Below are positions 12,874-28,989 of a DNA stretch of 64,000 nucleotides, one piece after another. Origin of the DNA: Octopus vulgaris (taxonomy: Eukaryota). The translations under genes were made by a program, and so were the position numbers. Location: positions 66,588,001 through 66,652,000 of the forward strand of contig OX597817.1 of assembly GCA_951406725.2 (NCBI GenBank), written 5' to 3'. Each line of letters begins with the position of its first letter. The stretch's first letter is position 1. The notes under the pieces were generated by a model, which worked only from the letters and a program-made list of their open reading frames with translations, did not search any database and was not told where the DNA came from.

Positions 12874-13250
12874 TGTGCCAGTGGTATGTAAAAAGCACCA
12901 TTTGAGTATGATTGTTGCCAGTGTCGCCTGACTGGCTCCTGTGCTGGTGGCACATAAAAAACACCATTCGAGTGTGGTTGTTGCTAATGCCATTGGACTA
13001 GCTCCTGTGCAGGTGGCACGTAAAAAGCACCATTTGAGCATGGTTGATGCCAGTACCACCTGATTGGTCCTCATGCTGGTGACACATAAAAGCACCTACT
13101 ACACTCTCAGAGTGGTTGGCGTTAGGAAGAGCATTCAGCTGTAGAAACTTTGCCAGATCAGATTTGAGCCTGGTGCAGCCTTCAGTCAAACCATCAAACC
13201 CATACCAGCATGGAAAGCAGATATTAGATGCCGCCGCTGCTGCTGCTGCT
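12874..13250 (+). mobile_element. Old RTE 3'-UTR fragment with four tandem ~60-bp subrepeats
   Basis: 'gtggcac(a/g)taaaaagcacca' x4, then homology to 3690-3845 and a (GCT)n tail. Confidence 0.75.
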
Positions 13251-13534
13251 GAAAAAGCAAACAACATTCTTGGTGTTGAGGATGGTGTGTCCTCACATCT
13301 TTAGTATCTTGTGTGTGTGTGTGTATGTGTGTGTGTGTTGGGTATTGTAAAAAGTTGAAAATTACTGGTCTGTAGCTTAGCTAAATTATTTAGATGTATT
13401 TTTTATTCATGTTTTCTGCAGATTGGTATTGGATATTCTCTCATAATTCATGATAACTTAAACTTATGTATTTGTTCTGCTGGAGTGGCAAAAGTTATCC
13501 ACATAAGGTACCAATATTATTACAAAAGGATAAG

Positions 13535-14110
13535 GGTGAAGGATTGACAGAATTAGTAAAACATCAGATAAAATATTTCTTCTGGTTCTTTACATTCTAA
13601 GTTCAAATTCTATTGAGGTCAACTTTACCTTTCATCCTTTTGGGTCAATAAATTAAAGTACCAGAAAGTACTGGAGTCGATGGAATCTATTAACACCCTC
13701 CTCCAAAATTTTAAATCTTGTACCTGTGTTAGAAACAACTTTTGCTATAGGCATTTGGTATTACCAAGTATCAGGGAAGAAGATTGGTAGTATCAATAGG
13801 ATGGTGAGCAAAATGCTCTGTAGCATTTAGTTGCATACCTATACAGTGAGTTCAAATCTCGCTGAGGTCAACTTTTCCTTTTATCCTCCTGGAATCAATA
13901 AAATAAGTATCAGTTATAGAGGGGTATTGATAAAATTACCTGTTTTTCAATCCCAAATTTCTGTCCCATGCCTATATAAGAAATTAATATTACCAAATCT
14001 CAGAGCAGTGAATTGGCAGAAAGAGAGCTCTACAATATTTCTATTTCATTCCTCTAAGTTTTGAGTTCAAAACTCTCTGGAGTGTGTTCTCTTTTTCCTT
14101 TCAATAAAAC
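13535..14110 (+). mobile_element. Three consecutive decayed SINE family B copies
   Basis: Repeated gttcaaa..gaggtcaacttt..ttcatcc cores at about 13600, 13850 and 14065. Confidence 0.6.
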
Positions 14111-15185
14111 AAGTATGAGGTGTATACAAGAGTCATTTCAATCTTCTGTACATGTTCTATTAATGTTAGAAATCAATATATATCTTAAGCCAAATGATGG
14201 AGTTCTATGTGGTTACTTGGTCTGCTAGAAATAGTAACTAAATCTTCCTCAAAATGCGTCATAAAATTCTTTAAATGGAATGGCACATCAAACGATGTAG
14301 ACTTAAATACACTATACCTGAGAAAAAGGTTGTGATGATCATGACTGGAAAATATTTTATCAAAATTCTGTTAGTTCAGGGATTACTGAGATTTATTACT
14401 CAGAGATGCCATACATATGGAAAAAAATAGTGAGCATCGAAAATCTAATTAGAAATAATTATGCAGTGAAGAAAAGATAAAATTAACTTAATGACTAATA
14501 TCTTAATCATTATGATAAGTACAGGAGATAACCCTGGATAGGTTTTGGTCTGATAAGGCCAGAATATATCCATACAAGAACTCAACAAAACAGAAACTTT
14601 GCTGTACTTTATTAAATCTATATATTAATACCACTGTATGTCCCTACCTACTTACCTACCTGCCTGCCTGCCTTTTGTGTCATGCTAAGAAAAGTAACTC
14701 AGAATTAAAATAATAATTGTTAGTTACAGTAGTAGTGGAAGAAGCGAAGGCGGTGTTAATCATGATGAATAGAAAAATATCTATAACTATCTGTCTTTTT
14801 CTCTCTACTCCACTGTGTGTGTGTGTGTGTGCATGCATGTATGTGAACGCACACACATACACACACACACACATATATATATATATAGAGAGAGAGAAGG
14901 GAAAATAAAAATAGATAACAAATGATGTTGATTTTTGTTGCCTGTTGTTGATAGTCATGATAGAAAAGGTGGAAGCAACACACATAGCTCAGTGACAATT
15001 ATTTGTACTAAGGCTCATGTATTATATCAAATGACTTTTTCTTTTTTTTCTTTTGGCTGTCAACTCATTACTACTTATAATAATCACCATCACCTCCATT
15101 AATTAACATCCTAGTTAGCACCTAGCAACATCATCACCACAACTATAACAGTTCTTAATGTATGTATGTTTGCATATGTATATGC

Positions 15186-16172
<987 letters not shown>

Positions 16173-16596
16173 TATTGCTTGTAATTCCCTGTTGTCTGCA
16201 TCGTCACAGTAACAATGGACAACTACAGCAAAACCTGTGGAATTCCCATAGGTTTCACTAATCACTAAATAAATGCACAAGATTGGACACAAGTTTCCAT
16301 GGAGTCTATACTTCATTGAAGTGGTTTAATAATAAAAAAATAAACTTGCATCATCTAGTCGTATCTGTATGTATCTAAATTATTAAAGTTATATTAGTTT
16401 TTGAGCTAATGTCTTTTTATGGACATATAATTATTTCCTTTTAGATTTTTAATGATAACTACATTAAATATATTAGCATAACTACATATACAAAGACTGG
16501 TGTGTCCCACTAACTTCGTTTCTCCATAATTTTCTTTAAAATTACGGAGATGTACTTGCATAGCAAATGACCTGATCTGAGATCGTGTGCTGGAAT

Positions 16597-16804
16597 GAAA
16601 ACAATTGCAGCGTGGAAGGTGTTTATAAGCCATTTAAGAAACACACAAAAACCGTTAGATTCACTTCAACATTTAAATTTAATTTGTCAAAATATTTTCG
16701 TCGCTTTGAGACCGCGACCTATTCTCTAACAAAATTCCGTGCAGCACGGTTTTTGTGTGTTTCTTAAATGGCTTATAAACACCTTCCACGCTGCAATTGT
16801 TTTC
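16597..16804. mobile_element. Fold-back element with perfect 59-bp inverted arms (Penelope-type terminal repeat candidate)
   Basis: 16597-16655 is the exact reverse complement of 16746-16804. The spacer holds a hammerhead-like motif. Confidence 0.75.
16683..16733 (-). ncRNA. Minimal type-I hammerhead-like motif, variant or decayed core
   Basis: UUUGUUA-GAGAAUA-g-GUCGC..GCGAC-GAAA-AUAU-UU-UGACAAA: 7-bp helix I, 5-bp helix II, palindromic helix III. Confidence 0.5.
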
Positions 16805-18425
16805 TTTAAAATGCATATGTTTTAATGAAATTTTCCAAAGGTATTTCAGATGGTGTAGACTACGATCGTGTGGTTAAAAAAATGGGGAAAATGGTTTTTG
16901 AGTGACATTTTTACTTCCACAAGACTTTATTAAATGCATATTTCTTAAAAGAAATTCAAGAGGTACGTTTGCAGTGATGCATATTACGATTAATCTTTTT
17001 TTTCAAATTTTAAAGCGATACTCGTAATGTATACCGCAATAATCGTTATGTACATTTCTCTAGTAAAGTTCATTAAAAAACATGCCCTTTAAAGAATATC
17101 ATGGAGAAACAAAATCAGTGGGCCACACTTCTGTAGAGATGCCAACATATGAACTTATATACATATACTGTTAATAGTAACGTAATTGTTCCCCTTGGAT
17201 CGCTATACGAAGTTTTAGTTTTCATTTAGTAGTTAATGCTCATACTCTGGCAACGTACACACACTTTTTACTGTCCATTTGTGTCTTTCTGTGTTTTTTT
17301 CTATGTACTCTTCATACACTTTTTGGCTTTCATTCATGTCTTTTTCTATATTCTCTTCCCTCTTTTACCCCTCTCCAACAAAATATACACACGCATTTAC
17401 ACACACACACAAACACACGCACACACACACACACGCACGCACACACATACACACAATGTGATAACCTTTGCTGTGTAAAATATATATATATAAAATATGT
17501 GTAAAATATGTTGATGCCAAATTCAGATAATTAGACACGATTATCTCCCTTCAATTAGAAAATTTCCATATGTCAAATAGGTACAGTTTACATGGATATT
17601 CTTTTTAGCTTAAACTCATAAACACACACATATATCCCTTTTTCTGTTTCTTTAATACACACTTCCTCTTTCTCAAACTTTCCCATTACATAAATTCATA
17701 TGCACATTTACGCTGTCTTTCGATTACAGTTCACCCATCTCTCACAGTGATATATTTTCTTAATATTAACACACACTACACACACATGTACATACATAGA
17801 AATAGCTTCATGAAATCATTCTCTACTATTAAAGAAAAGAGAGATAGTGAGACATTGGTCGAGGTAGTTCCTGACATACAAAGACAGGATGGTTACGTTT
17901 TGAATGCTTTGATCATCGGTATAATCGATAAGAGCTGACCTAGTTGGTATCTGTATGCGTAATCAATATTTTGAAAGAGTATTGGATAAATTTATTAAGT
18001 TTCTGTTTGCGAATGTTTGTTTTAGAATAAAAACAGAATTCTACGGGTTTGGTGACATAAACTATTATAATTGATACCTCATCGCGCTAAGTAAACTCTA
18101 CGCCTACGTATCTAATGTTTCCTTTATAGCTATTTTTAATAGATAGCAAGGCTTGGTTTGTGAGAAATTTTGTTGAAACGATCGCGTAGTTTTCCTTGTT
18201 GGCTCTAAGTGTTTCCTGTAAGTTTATCTGGATGGGAATAAGTTCGCAGATACCCATTACTAAAAAACTTCTGAAGTTTATCCATGATAAATAATGTTCT
18301 ATAATATATTTTATATCTAAATAGTTCTATTTGCCGACATAGCTGCTAGTGATTGCATACCAACTGACGTTTTAGGCAAGTTCGGACATAGAGTTATCTA
18401 CCTTGTGTTTATTAACTGTCCAAAG

Positions 18426-18749
18426 CAGAGCTACTCAACCATTTTTTAAAAATCTATGGACCCCTTTCATTACTATTCTATTCTGGTGGACTCCCATAGC
18501 CTTCGATGTTTAATAACTAGTTTTATAGAAACTTCTTTCAAAATTCCTATTTTGCTTTACACACATTAACTTGTGTCGGTCGAACATTAGAGAAAGAAAC
18601 CGAGCTGATTCTTGCAATACATACCAATACATACATCTAAAGTAATTTTTTTTTCAATGGGTCTTAAAATACTATTGTGGATCTCCAATATACTATTTTG
18701 TTGTGTGGACCTCCCCAAAACTTATATGGACCCCGGTTGAGAACCACTG
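18426..18749. mobile_element. hAT (Charlie-like) MITE
   Basis: TIRs cagagctactcaacc / ggttgagaaccactg. Degenerate 8-bp TSD gtccaaag / gtctgaag. Confidence 0.7.
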
Positions 18750-19039
18750 GTCTGAAGAGCCACCGCGTTATTGTGACACAATATTTTCGATTATAGAGGT
18801 GTGGGGCATAAACGTGGTAGAGGTATAAATATGACAATTGCTAATTTCCCTTTATCCCGAAATTTTAAAATTCCTATGTGCAAACAATATTAATATCCAA
18901 TGGATTTACCATTGTTGATCAGTTTTGAAAAGATAACAGTTTAATAATCATCTCAGCTTAATACGTTTTTTAGTTTGTTTTTTTTTTCACTTGTTGAGTT
19001 TGGAGGGAGGAACATTGTCTATGACTTTTGCAGGCCCGT

Positions 19040-19300
19040 TGAGTCAGGTGAGCTTCATACCGTTGATGTTCTGTTTAAACTGTTGTTGAAGGTCAGTATT
19101 TGCTGGAAACACATAAGTAGGGAAAGACTCTAGTGAGCCAATGTTCTGGGGAGATAGTAGTGCTACGTAAGTGTTAGAGTAGTGTTGATTATCACTCACG
19201 TTGGGATTACTTTCTGACGCCGATTCAATTCCAAGAAGACAAATTGGGAAAAGTTTAAACAGTTCTGGAGCAATACCACCCACAGATGAACATAAGGCGG
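19040..19300 (-). mobile_element. Decayed CR1/L2-like LINE 3' coding fragment
   Basis: 'APELFKLFP...VFPANTDLQQQFKQNIN' resembles CR1-type C-termini. Confidence 0.4.
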
Positions 19301-19755
19301 AAAACTAACAAAAATTTGCTCTGTGGGTTTGCCAAGAAGGGAAACGCAATATATCCGGGGGCTAAATATCCAAAACGAATCCTGGACTCTTAAACTGTGA
19401 ATGACATGAAAAAATGCATATGAAATTGATTTTTTTCCCCAGATAATATTATTAATGCTGGTAAATCTTTCAGTTCAGCTGTAACAAGCTTGGAAAACTC
19501 TAATAGAAACCTTAGTATGAGCAGAAACAGAAATCCTGACGCCTGTTCAAAAGCAAGGATGATGCTACAGATGAAACACCGGGGGAAACATTACTGCAAA
19601 CCAGATTGTCACAATAATGAGTGAAGAACCGAATAACAAAAAAGTCTAAGTCGAATTGTCTTTTTAGATGTTTTACATAAAACACAAAATAGGTATCAAA
19701 AATATAAAAAAAAGTAAGAGAGAAGCAACAAGTTTTCGCAATATCTTCACGAAGA

Positions 19756-20149
19756 AAGGCAGCGAGCTGGCAGAAACGTTAGCACGCCGGGCGAAATGCT
19801 TAGAGGTATTTCGTCTGCGTTACGTTGTGAGTTCAAATTCCGCCGAGGTCCTTTACCTTTCATCCTTTCGGGATCGATAAATTAAGTACCAGTTACGCAC
19901 TGGGGTCGATGTAATCGACTTAATACCTATGTCTGTCCTTGTTTGTCCCCTCTGTGTTTAGCCCCTTGTGGGTAATAAAGAAATAGGTATTTCGTCTGTC
20001 TTTACGTTCTGAGTTCAAATTCTGCCGAGGTCGACTTTGCACTTCATCCTCTCGGGATCGATAAATTAAGTACCAGTTGCATACTGGGGTCGATCTAATC
20101 AACTCTCACCCCACTAAAAAAAGTCGGGCTTGTGTCTAGAGTAGAAAAG
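19756..20149 (+). mobile_element. SINE family B with internal tandem duplication
   Basis: TSD aatatcttcacg(g)aaga at 19740-19755 and 20150-20166. The body segment occurs twice. Confidence 0.9.
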
Positions 20150-20635
20150 AATATCTTCACGGAAGAGCTAAAAGATTTTGAACCTAAAGGGCGAATATGG
20201 CTTCTCAAACATTTTAATAAGTATCTCTTAACTAACAAAATGCAAAGTAGAGAAAAATCCATCACAAGTAATGCAATTCCGATCGATTTCACTTCTGTGG
20301 TCAGAAGTTTTTTGAGTGTTCTGTTCTTAACAGAATCGAAACAGCTACTGAATTATACTTTATTAAAGAACATTGAAAAGTTAACCGTGAATCAACGGCT
20401 TAATCTTATTCAATATACACAGAAATATAGATTTTTGTTGAGCCTGCTGCAGCTTACAATATGGTTAATTACTGCTTATTAAGGAAGTCATACAATTCAA
20501 CAATGACTTGGAATTCAGTCAGCTTGTTGGTATTGTAATAGAAAAAACACTTTTTGGTGATACTTAAGAACAACACAAAAATAACTAAACAGTTTGCCTC
20601 AATATAGTATACTGGCTCCGTTATCGTTCAAAATA

Positions 20636-22122
20636 CACTAAACCGCAAAAGAAACGCGATTTTTTCAAATGTCATTTTTATATGGTAAATTCTGAAACTT
20701 TATTTCGGGTATGTAAGTGAAACCCAAACTGCAGATAACCTTTCAACTTTCCCTGAAACGAAACGCCAAAAGGCAACTGTGTTGAATGTCATGTGTAGTA
20801 GTCGCAAACAGTTGTCATGAAAACCGAAATGCCCATACATTTCGTGGAGGTTATGGGTATAAAAGTCAACTTGAACCACGTTCCTGGCATTCGAAAATTG
20901 GACACATCAAGAATTACTCGATTATCAGCAACGTTGAGAGAACAAGCTATCGGCTGATTGCAAGCAATGCAGCGTGCCCTGGTTGTTGTGAAAGTTTACA
21001 ATGTCCATGTCAGCACCATCTATCGCCTGGAACAGCGATACAAAAACACCAACAGCACTGCAGGTCGTGCCCGCAGAGGGCGCCCCCCGGTGACCACGCC
21101 CAGGCAGGACCGCTTCATTCACCTGCAACACTTCCGTGATTGTTTCAGATCAGTCAGCATGACAGCTCGCGAGACCACTGACACTGGACAGCGATCCATC
21201 AGAGACGACATGGTATGACGTCGACTGGTCGCCAACAACCTTCGTTGCCGTCATCCTGCTCGAGGACCTGTCTTCATCGCTCGCCACTGTCAAATACGGC
21301 TACAGTGGGCTACACAGCACTGACATTGGTGGTATCAACAATGGAGGTCGATAGTCTTTTCTGACGAGATCCAGTACTGCGCTTCCACCTCGGATGGCAG
21401 AGTGAGGGTGCGGTGTAGGAGGGGTGAATGCTACAGAAACGTATGTGTCATGGAGAGAGACGCGTGGATGGCCAAAGTATCATGGTTTGGGGTGTTATAG
21501 GCCGGAATTAGAGAATTGGGCCCCCGTGTGTTCCAAAATGTTGGTGCAGGCGAATGGCATCACAGCGCAGCTCTACGTTAATCAGATCCTAAGACCTCAT
21601 ATCATGCCCTTCCATCGTGCGTCACTATAGCCACGTGTTCCTGCAGGACAATGCTCCCTCCCACACGGCCAGGGTCACCATGGACTTCCTGTGTCAGCAC
21701 AACATCAGAACCATGCCGTGGCCGGCTCTCAGCCCGGATTTGAACCCAATTGAACATCTGTAGGATGAAATCCAGAGACAGCTGAAACAGGTGGTCCCAA
21801 GGCCAACAACTCGTGTGGAACTGGCGGCAGCTTTCCTCATGATGTGGGCACAGGTGCCAATGGCTTTTGCGAACAGCCTCATGCACTCCATGTACCGACG
21901 ATGTATGACCGTTTTGAACACCCAGGGTGGGCAAACATGGTATTGAACATGTCATGCCCAATAATCTCGATGTTCTGGATCTGCCCACTACCGGAATACA
22001 TGACAACGACTCATAGACTGTGATCAAAGTGCATCCAAGAAATTGACTTTATCGGATTTATCAAAATTTATCTCTGACATAATGTAATTAAAACATATTT
22101 CACAGTCACACGCGGTTCAGTG
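20636..22122 (+). mobile_element. Tc1 (DD34E-type) transposon, inactivated
   Basis: TA-cactaaaccgc left end and gcggttcagtg right tip. Frameshifted transposase motifs GRPPVTTPRQDR, WRSIVFSDE, QDNA..H and WPALSPDLNPIEHL. Confidence 0.9.
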
Positions 22123-22185
22123 TGTATGCAAACGCTCGACTGAAAAATCATAAATATCAAACGTTTTATCTACATTTATGAATTA

Positions 22186-22579
22186 CTAGCAGTATCGCCC
22201 GGGTTGCTCGGGTTTGTAAGGGAAATAACTATATAAGCATTTCTAGAGATGTAAAGTATAATAGCCATCTCAATATGGTTAACCACAAAGGGAGGGTGTT
22301 ACTGTAGCTTTTTACGTTCTGAGATTTAATAATAAATTTTTGGAGAGTTACTTCCCTAATATATGCCAAAAATGCATTAAAAATGGGGAAAATTGATGGT
22401 AAATTTTTTAAAAATCGTAGACTCATCGTAGACGCGCACTAATACCCAGAAGAGCTCGATATGAATCACGACTATAAGATACCCGGTTTTGGTTAAAATG
22501 CACCGCAAAATGTGGGAGTAGTTAGGAATCTAAATCGTAGGAGACAGACATCACACAACCTCACTTTTATATATAAAGA
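22186..22579 (-). mobile_element. Non-autonomous Helitron-like element
   Basis: Minus strand: A|TC tttatatataaaa start, subterminal hairpin cccgagcaacccggg, CTAG|T end, no TSD. Confidence 0.8.
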
Positions 22580-23418
22580 TATATTGCGTACCAAAGAGGA
22601 TATTCAACGGTACTGACATAACTCTGAGTGTTGCTTTAAATAAATTAAATTCTTACTATAAAGACAATAGTTTCATTACTAGTTCCGTGAAAATACACGT
22701 TTTTGTATTCCACCCAAGAAACAATGGAACACATGGGGAATTGAATAAGTTAGAAAGGTAGAATGCTACTTAGTATCCCAAATATCTCTGGATGTTACTA
22801 AACCGTAATCTTATTTTTAGAAAATAGTTAAACAATCAAGTTTATGGTCAACTGGTTTATCTTATCTCTGTATTTTCTACCGCATCTACAGTGGTCTTTA
22901 CTCCTTGGAGTTAACTAGCCTTGAGCCATCTCCGAGCAGGAATTTGTCTGCTTCCCTCTCATCAGCCGTATTCTAGCTATTCCCCACCCCAGGCCATTCA
23001 GTAACCATCAAACTCAGTCCTTCATTCCCTAACTGTCGGCTTTGTGGTATTCATTCCCAACCAGTTTCCTGCAACTGACGATTCTCAGATGTTCAGTAAG
23101 AGCGTTAACAATGTGCGATTTCGTCTTCCTTGGCAGGACGCGAAAGCTATGAGCAGTCACCTCCCCTGACCAAGTCCCTACAAATAAGTATGCGGTGTGT
23201 GTGTGTAAGAAGTAAAAGGGATTAATAAATTCAAGCAGATATCTATAAAGCACTCTGTGCTAAACAAATTTAGTTAACTATATCAAACAATAAGATACCA
23301 ATAAGTTTGTAACAGTTAGGTTTTAATTAGTGTAGTTACTAATTGTAACGGGTAAGGTTGATTAGGTACACAATACTATGAAATGTCGAAGTCAGTAGTT
23401 GTAACGATAAATATTAGT

Positions 23419-24085
23419 TGTTACTATTGCATACTGTAGGATGTGAAAGATGAACAATGCATGAAGTTTTAAGAAAGTATTTATTTACCGTTACGTTGCA
23501 ATACCTTGCCTCAACGGGCAGGTTATGATAAATCCAAAAGCATGCGCAAGAAAGTTTGTGTTTGCGTTCTCTTCCTTGTTTAGTAGTAATTACAGAGAGA
23601 GATAGAATGATGTTGTAAGGGAACAGAATTAGAGCTAGTGAGAGTTGTAGAGTGTGGGACGTTGTCTCACAGTTGCTGACAGTAAACTTCATTTCTTCCT
23701 CTGACCAAAGGTTCTAGTTGGTCAGCCAGACTTCGTTGTCACTGTAGTGACTAACTGGTTGAGTCGTCACCGACTGTGACTAACTGATTTTTGCTTGGGG
23801 TGTGCTTGCTTTTATAACTATCCAGGAGGATAGATATATCATTGAGAACGATAGATTTAGTTGGTGATCTTGTTATCTCTATTCTAGCTTTTGGTGAAGT
23901 AGAAGAGGTTAGAAAGGGTCAAGTGGTGAAGACGTTATTTCGACCAAGCTGGAGGCATCTGGAAAATGTAAAACTGCTGTCAGAGAAAAACCATTGTTCC
24001 GCCGTGGGAAAAGTTCTGTTGCAGTGTTAATTTAAATTTGGCTATGGTGGATCGAATCCACTTCATGCATGCATGATCCACTACA
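23419..24085 (-). mobile_element. Possible solo LTR
   Basis: TG...CA ends, with minus-strand TATAAAA (about 23810) and AATAAA (about 23483) in LTR order. No clean TSD. Confidence 0.25.
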
Positions 24086-24518
24086 AGTTCAAGTAGAATT
24101 AACATCCAAGGTAATTCGTCATGTATAATAAGTAAATACAAATATCGCTTCGAAGAATTTCAAGAAATTCGGAGAATAAGATAAGAACATGAATGGGGAA
24201 AATTACGTCTCCAGTTGATGATTACACCGTACATTATCAAACATCATTTCTATTGTGCCGGCATACTTAGATACAGAAAAATGGTATAAAATTAATTCAT
24301 CCAAAAATATATGCTAACACAATGCTATCAAAGCAATCCAAAATGGGAAAAAAATCGAAGTGAACTAAGAAAATATCTTCAACAGATGAACGCATACAAA
24401 AAGAACGTTAAGAAGAAATATAATATTCTAAGAAAAACCAGTTTTGTATTTAACTTTTGATGATGTCAGTAGATAGCGAAAGAAAAAATAAAGAGAATTT
24501 CTACGCCGCGACAATTAG

Positions 24519-24519
<1 letters not shown>

Positions 24520-24611
<92 letters not shown>
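24520..24611. repeat. (ATCT)n microsatellite
   Basis: Direct reading. Confidence 0.95.
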
Positions 24612-24764
24612 AAATATGCTTAAAAAATTTAAGAAAAATCAGGCATATTACATTATAGGAAGTGCAATTAAAATTAATGAGTTATTTTTTAATAAATATT
24701 TAAGTGCTTATCTAATATTAATGAGAACATTTCAATATAAACTTTCTACTGTTTAATAATTTTA

Positions 24765-25600
24765 ATTTAGACGTAATTATATAATACATTTCTGTAAGGG
24801 AAAGATCAAATCTAAAATTACCTGTATTATACCTTTGCGTAACTAATAATGGGCTACTTATATTATAATTAATGTTCTTGACTTTTAATTCCCAAATGCT
24901 AAGATTCGAAGAATTTTCTTCTAAGCTTAAATGAAGAAGAAAGGTTATGTAATCTAGATTTCCAAATTGTAGAAGAACCTATATAATAATATGTGCAATA
25001 TCCTGTAATGACCTTACATCGATACATTATATTCTTCCTTAATCACAGATTTTCTGAAGGACAGATAATTCTGTTTTTAAAATTACAAAGGCATTTATTT
25101 GTTTGTATGTGGTACTTACGGTTAAAAGAATAAGTACTAATTCTGCTCTTGGAAGTAGGTGTTAAAGAAGGATTATTAGCAGTATTATAATCAATATTAT
25201 TACTAGGTGTTATCTTAAAGGTATTATCAATTTCACAGTCGAAAAATTATTTTTACCTAAAGTATCAAAATCTAGTCCAGGAAAATAATCATTGGAGTTA
25301 ATTTCACAATTTACATCATTGCTTCTACTTATATTTACTAATTTGGGGTTGAGATACTGTTTAATTTTACTTTTGTTATGTGTTACTATTTCAGCCAAAT
25401 TTTTGGTGGCTGAATATGAAAATTTTACTCTATGGTGATTAAACAATTTCCCGTACTTACTTAACGGAGGGAAATATTTATCTATTACAGCAAAGAATTT
25501 CTGTGGAATATCATTAGATATGTAAGATGCAATGGTGCATTATATCAGAGAATATTCTTTGATTTAACTCTTCTATTATTTATATATACGTTTTTCTTAA
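24765..25600 (-). mobile_element. Penelope-like element remnant (RT thumb/linker + GIY-YIG endonuclease)
   Basis: Decayed translation: IDKYFPP..KLFNHHRVKFSYSATKNL..HNK, CLCN..ICP, NIMYRCKVIT..YYIGSS, IWELK, LSLTE. Confidence 0.8.
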
Positions 25601-25765
25601 TATTATCAACACAAAGAAAATATAAAGACATTTGTTTATATTTGTTCAGGATATCCAATTACATGCACAAACACTAAAGTATTTACTATTACAGTTGTTA
25701 TACTTTTTGTAATTCTTTACGTAGCATAGTACTTTGTCATCCCAAAACATGTTGCTAAGTGCATC

Positions 25766-27146
<1,381 letters not shown>

Positions 27147-27718
27147 CGCCAATTAATAATAATTAATTGACCAAGTAGTCAGCAGAGCGCTACTTAGGCA
27201 AATCGGATTTCCCAGTTTAACAAAGTGTTTAGTGGGAGCTATCTATGTAAAGTTTCTCCATTGACAGTAGATAGGCGGGGACACAGCTCTGATGAGCTTT
27301 CACAAATTAAATTAAACAAGTGGAAAACACACTGCTAAATGCATCAGTAACTAATATATACAGTGGAAGCCGCTTATTATAATCGCAGTAATTTTAATAT
27401 AAGATATTGCTAATGCAAATAGGTCGTAGTCATATCGGAAAATTTTTATATCGAATGTTTTATGTCAATTTGTGGGCTATTGATATCGAGGATTTGTTCC
27501 AAACTGATCACATAAAGCAGCTTCCACTGTATAAACATACAGATACACGCATGCGTGCGCGCACACGCACACGCGCGCGCACACGCACACGCGCGCGCAC
27601 ACGCACACACGCACTTACAAACAATATGTGCTTATTTATACTTTCATACACACATACACACATATGTGTATTCATGTACATTTGTGTGTGTGTGCGTGTG
27701 TAGTGTGTAGTGAGTAGT

Positions 27719-27759
<41 letters not shown>

Positions 27760-28379
27760 TATATATATTACATACTCTCACACATAAGCAAACATAGTAC
27801 ACGCACGCACACCCACACCCACACACACACACTTAAGAACTACTCCCTTGAAGAAATTCAGTATTAGTTTAACGTTTCCCACGCTTAGGCGAGGGAAATT
27901 CAGTTCTCTAGACGAGGGGTTTTAGTGGCAGTAACATGCATACACACATACATACATACATACATACATACACACATACATACATACGTACATACATACA
28001 TACATACATACATACATACATGTGTATCAGTGAAATCTAATATACCAAGAAATCTTACCCTCCATATGGCTGTCTACACATGTATATGTATGTGTGTGTG
28101 TGACACTGTGATATATATATATATATATGTGTGTGTGTATGTGATATATGTATGTATAAATAAATATATATATATACATACCTACAAATATACATATGTA
28201 TATATTCATTTATAAACATACACACACGTATGTATGTTTTTGTTTGTGTGTGCATACACGTCAGAGAGAGAGAGAGAGGGTGGGGAGGAAAAAAGATAGA
28301 CAAAATGTGGGTGTGCTGGAGAAGAAAATAAGAGAATGAGACGGAGAAAGAGAAGCCGACTGAAAAAAAGAGATGTGCG

Positions 28380-28380
<1 letters not shown>

Positions 28381-28477
<97 letters not shown>

Positions 28478-28510
28478 CGTATGTGTGTGTGCGTGCGCGC
28501 GTGTGTGTGT
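28381..28510. repeat. (GT)n microsatellite
   Basis: Direct reading. Confidence 0.95.
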
Positions 28511-28742
28511 TTGTATCTGTGTATGTGTGTGTGAATTTTATAACTGATAAATACGAGATTGACAAATTTCTCACAATACTCGCGCTACAGTTAAATATGA
28601 ATGTAGTTACTTTAGTTTCCGTGTATTCTACTTCCTTGGCGGAATATTTTATTGATCAATAAAGATAAACTTTGAGAGTTCACGGCCTTTTCTTTTCATC
28701 TGCTTCCTGTATTAACTTTGCTCGATTATACAGGGCCTTGCG

Positions 28743-28920
28743 TGTATGTATGTATGTATGTATGTATGTATGTATGTATGTATGTATGTATGTATGTATG
28801 TATGTATGTATGTATGTATGTATGTATGTATGTATTTATGTATGTATGTATTTATGTATGTATGTATGTATGTATGTATGTATGTATGTATGTATGTATG
28901 TATGCATGCATGTATGTATG
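28743..28920. repeat. (TATG)n microsatellite
   Basis: Direct reading. Confidence 0.95.
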
Positions 28921-28989
28921 TGTGAGTGTGTACATGTATTTATGTATGTTATAATGGATGGATGTTTATACATATATGTCTTCTATTTT

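Larger units (their letters stand above)
16490..17135. mobile_element. Old MITE with long imperfect TIRs, interrupted by the 16597-16804 fold-back
   Basis: 'gtgtgtcccactaacttcgtttctccataattttctttaaa' vs 'tttaaagaatatcatggagaaacaaaatcagtgggccacac'. Related to 43121-43931. Confidence 0.6.

Noticed and set aside
12874-13100. CRISPR-like repeat-spacer pattern
   Set aside because: The spacers resemble each other, the unit matches the RTE 3' UTR, the DNA is eukaryotic and there are no cas genes.
13422-13507. Possible alternative exon (ttttctgcag...ag|gtacc)
   Set aside because: Supported only by splice-like signals, and the donor is weak.
27285-27340. CTGATGAG followed by a possible stem
   Set aside because: No correctly placed GAAA, helix III or helix I, so it is not called a hammerhead.
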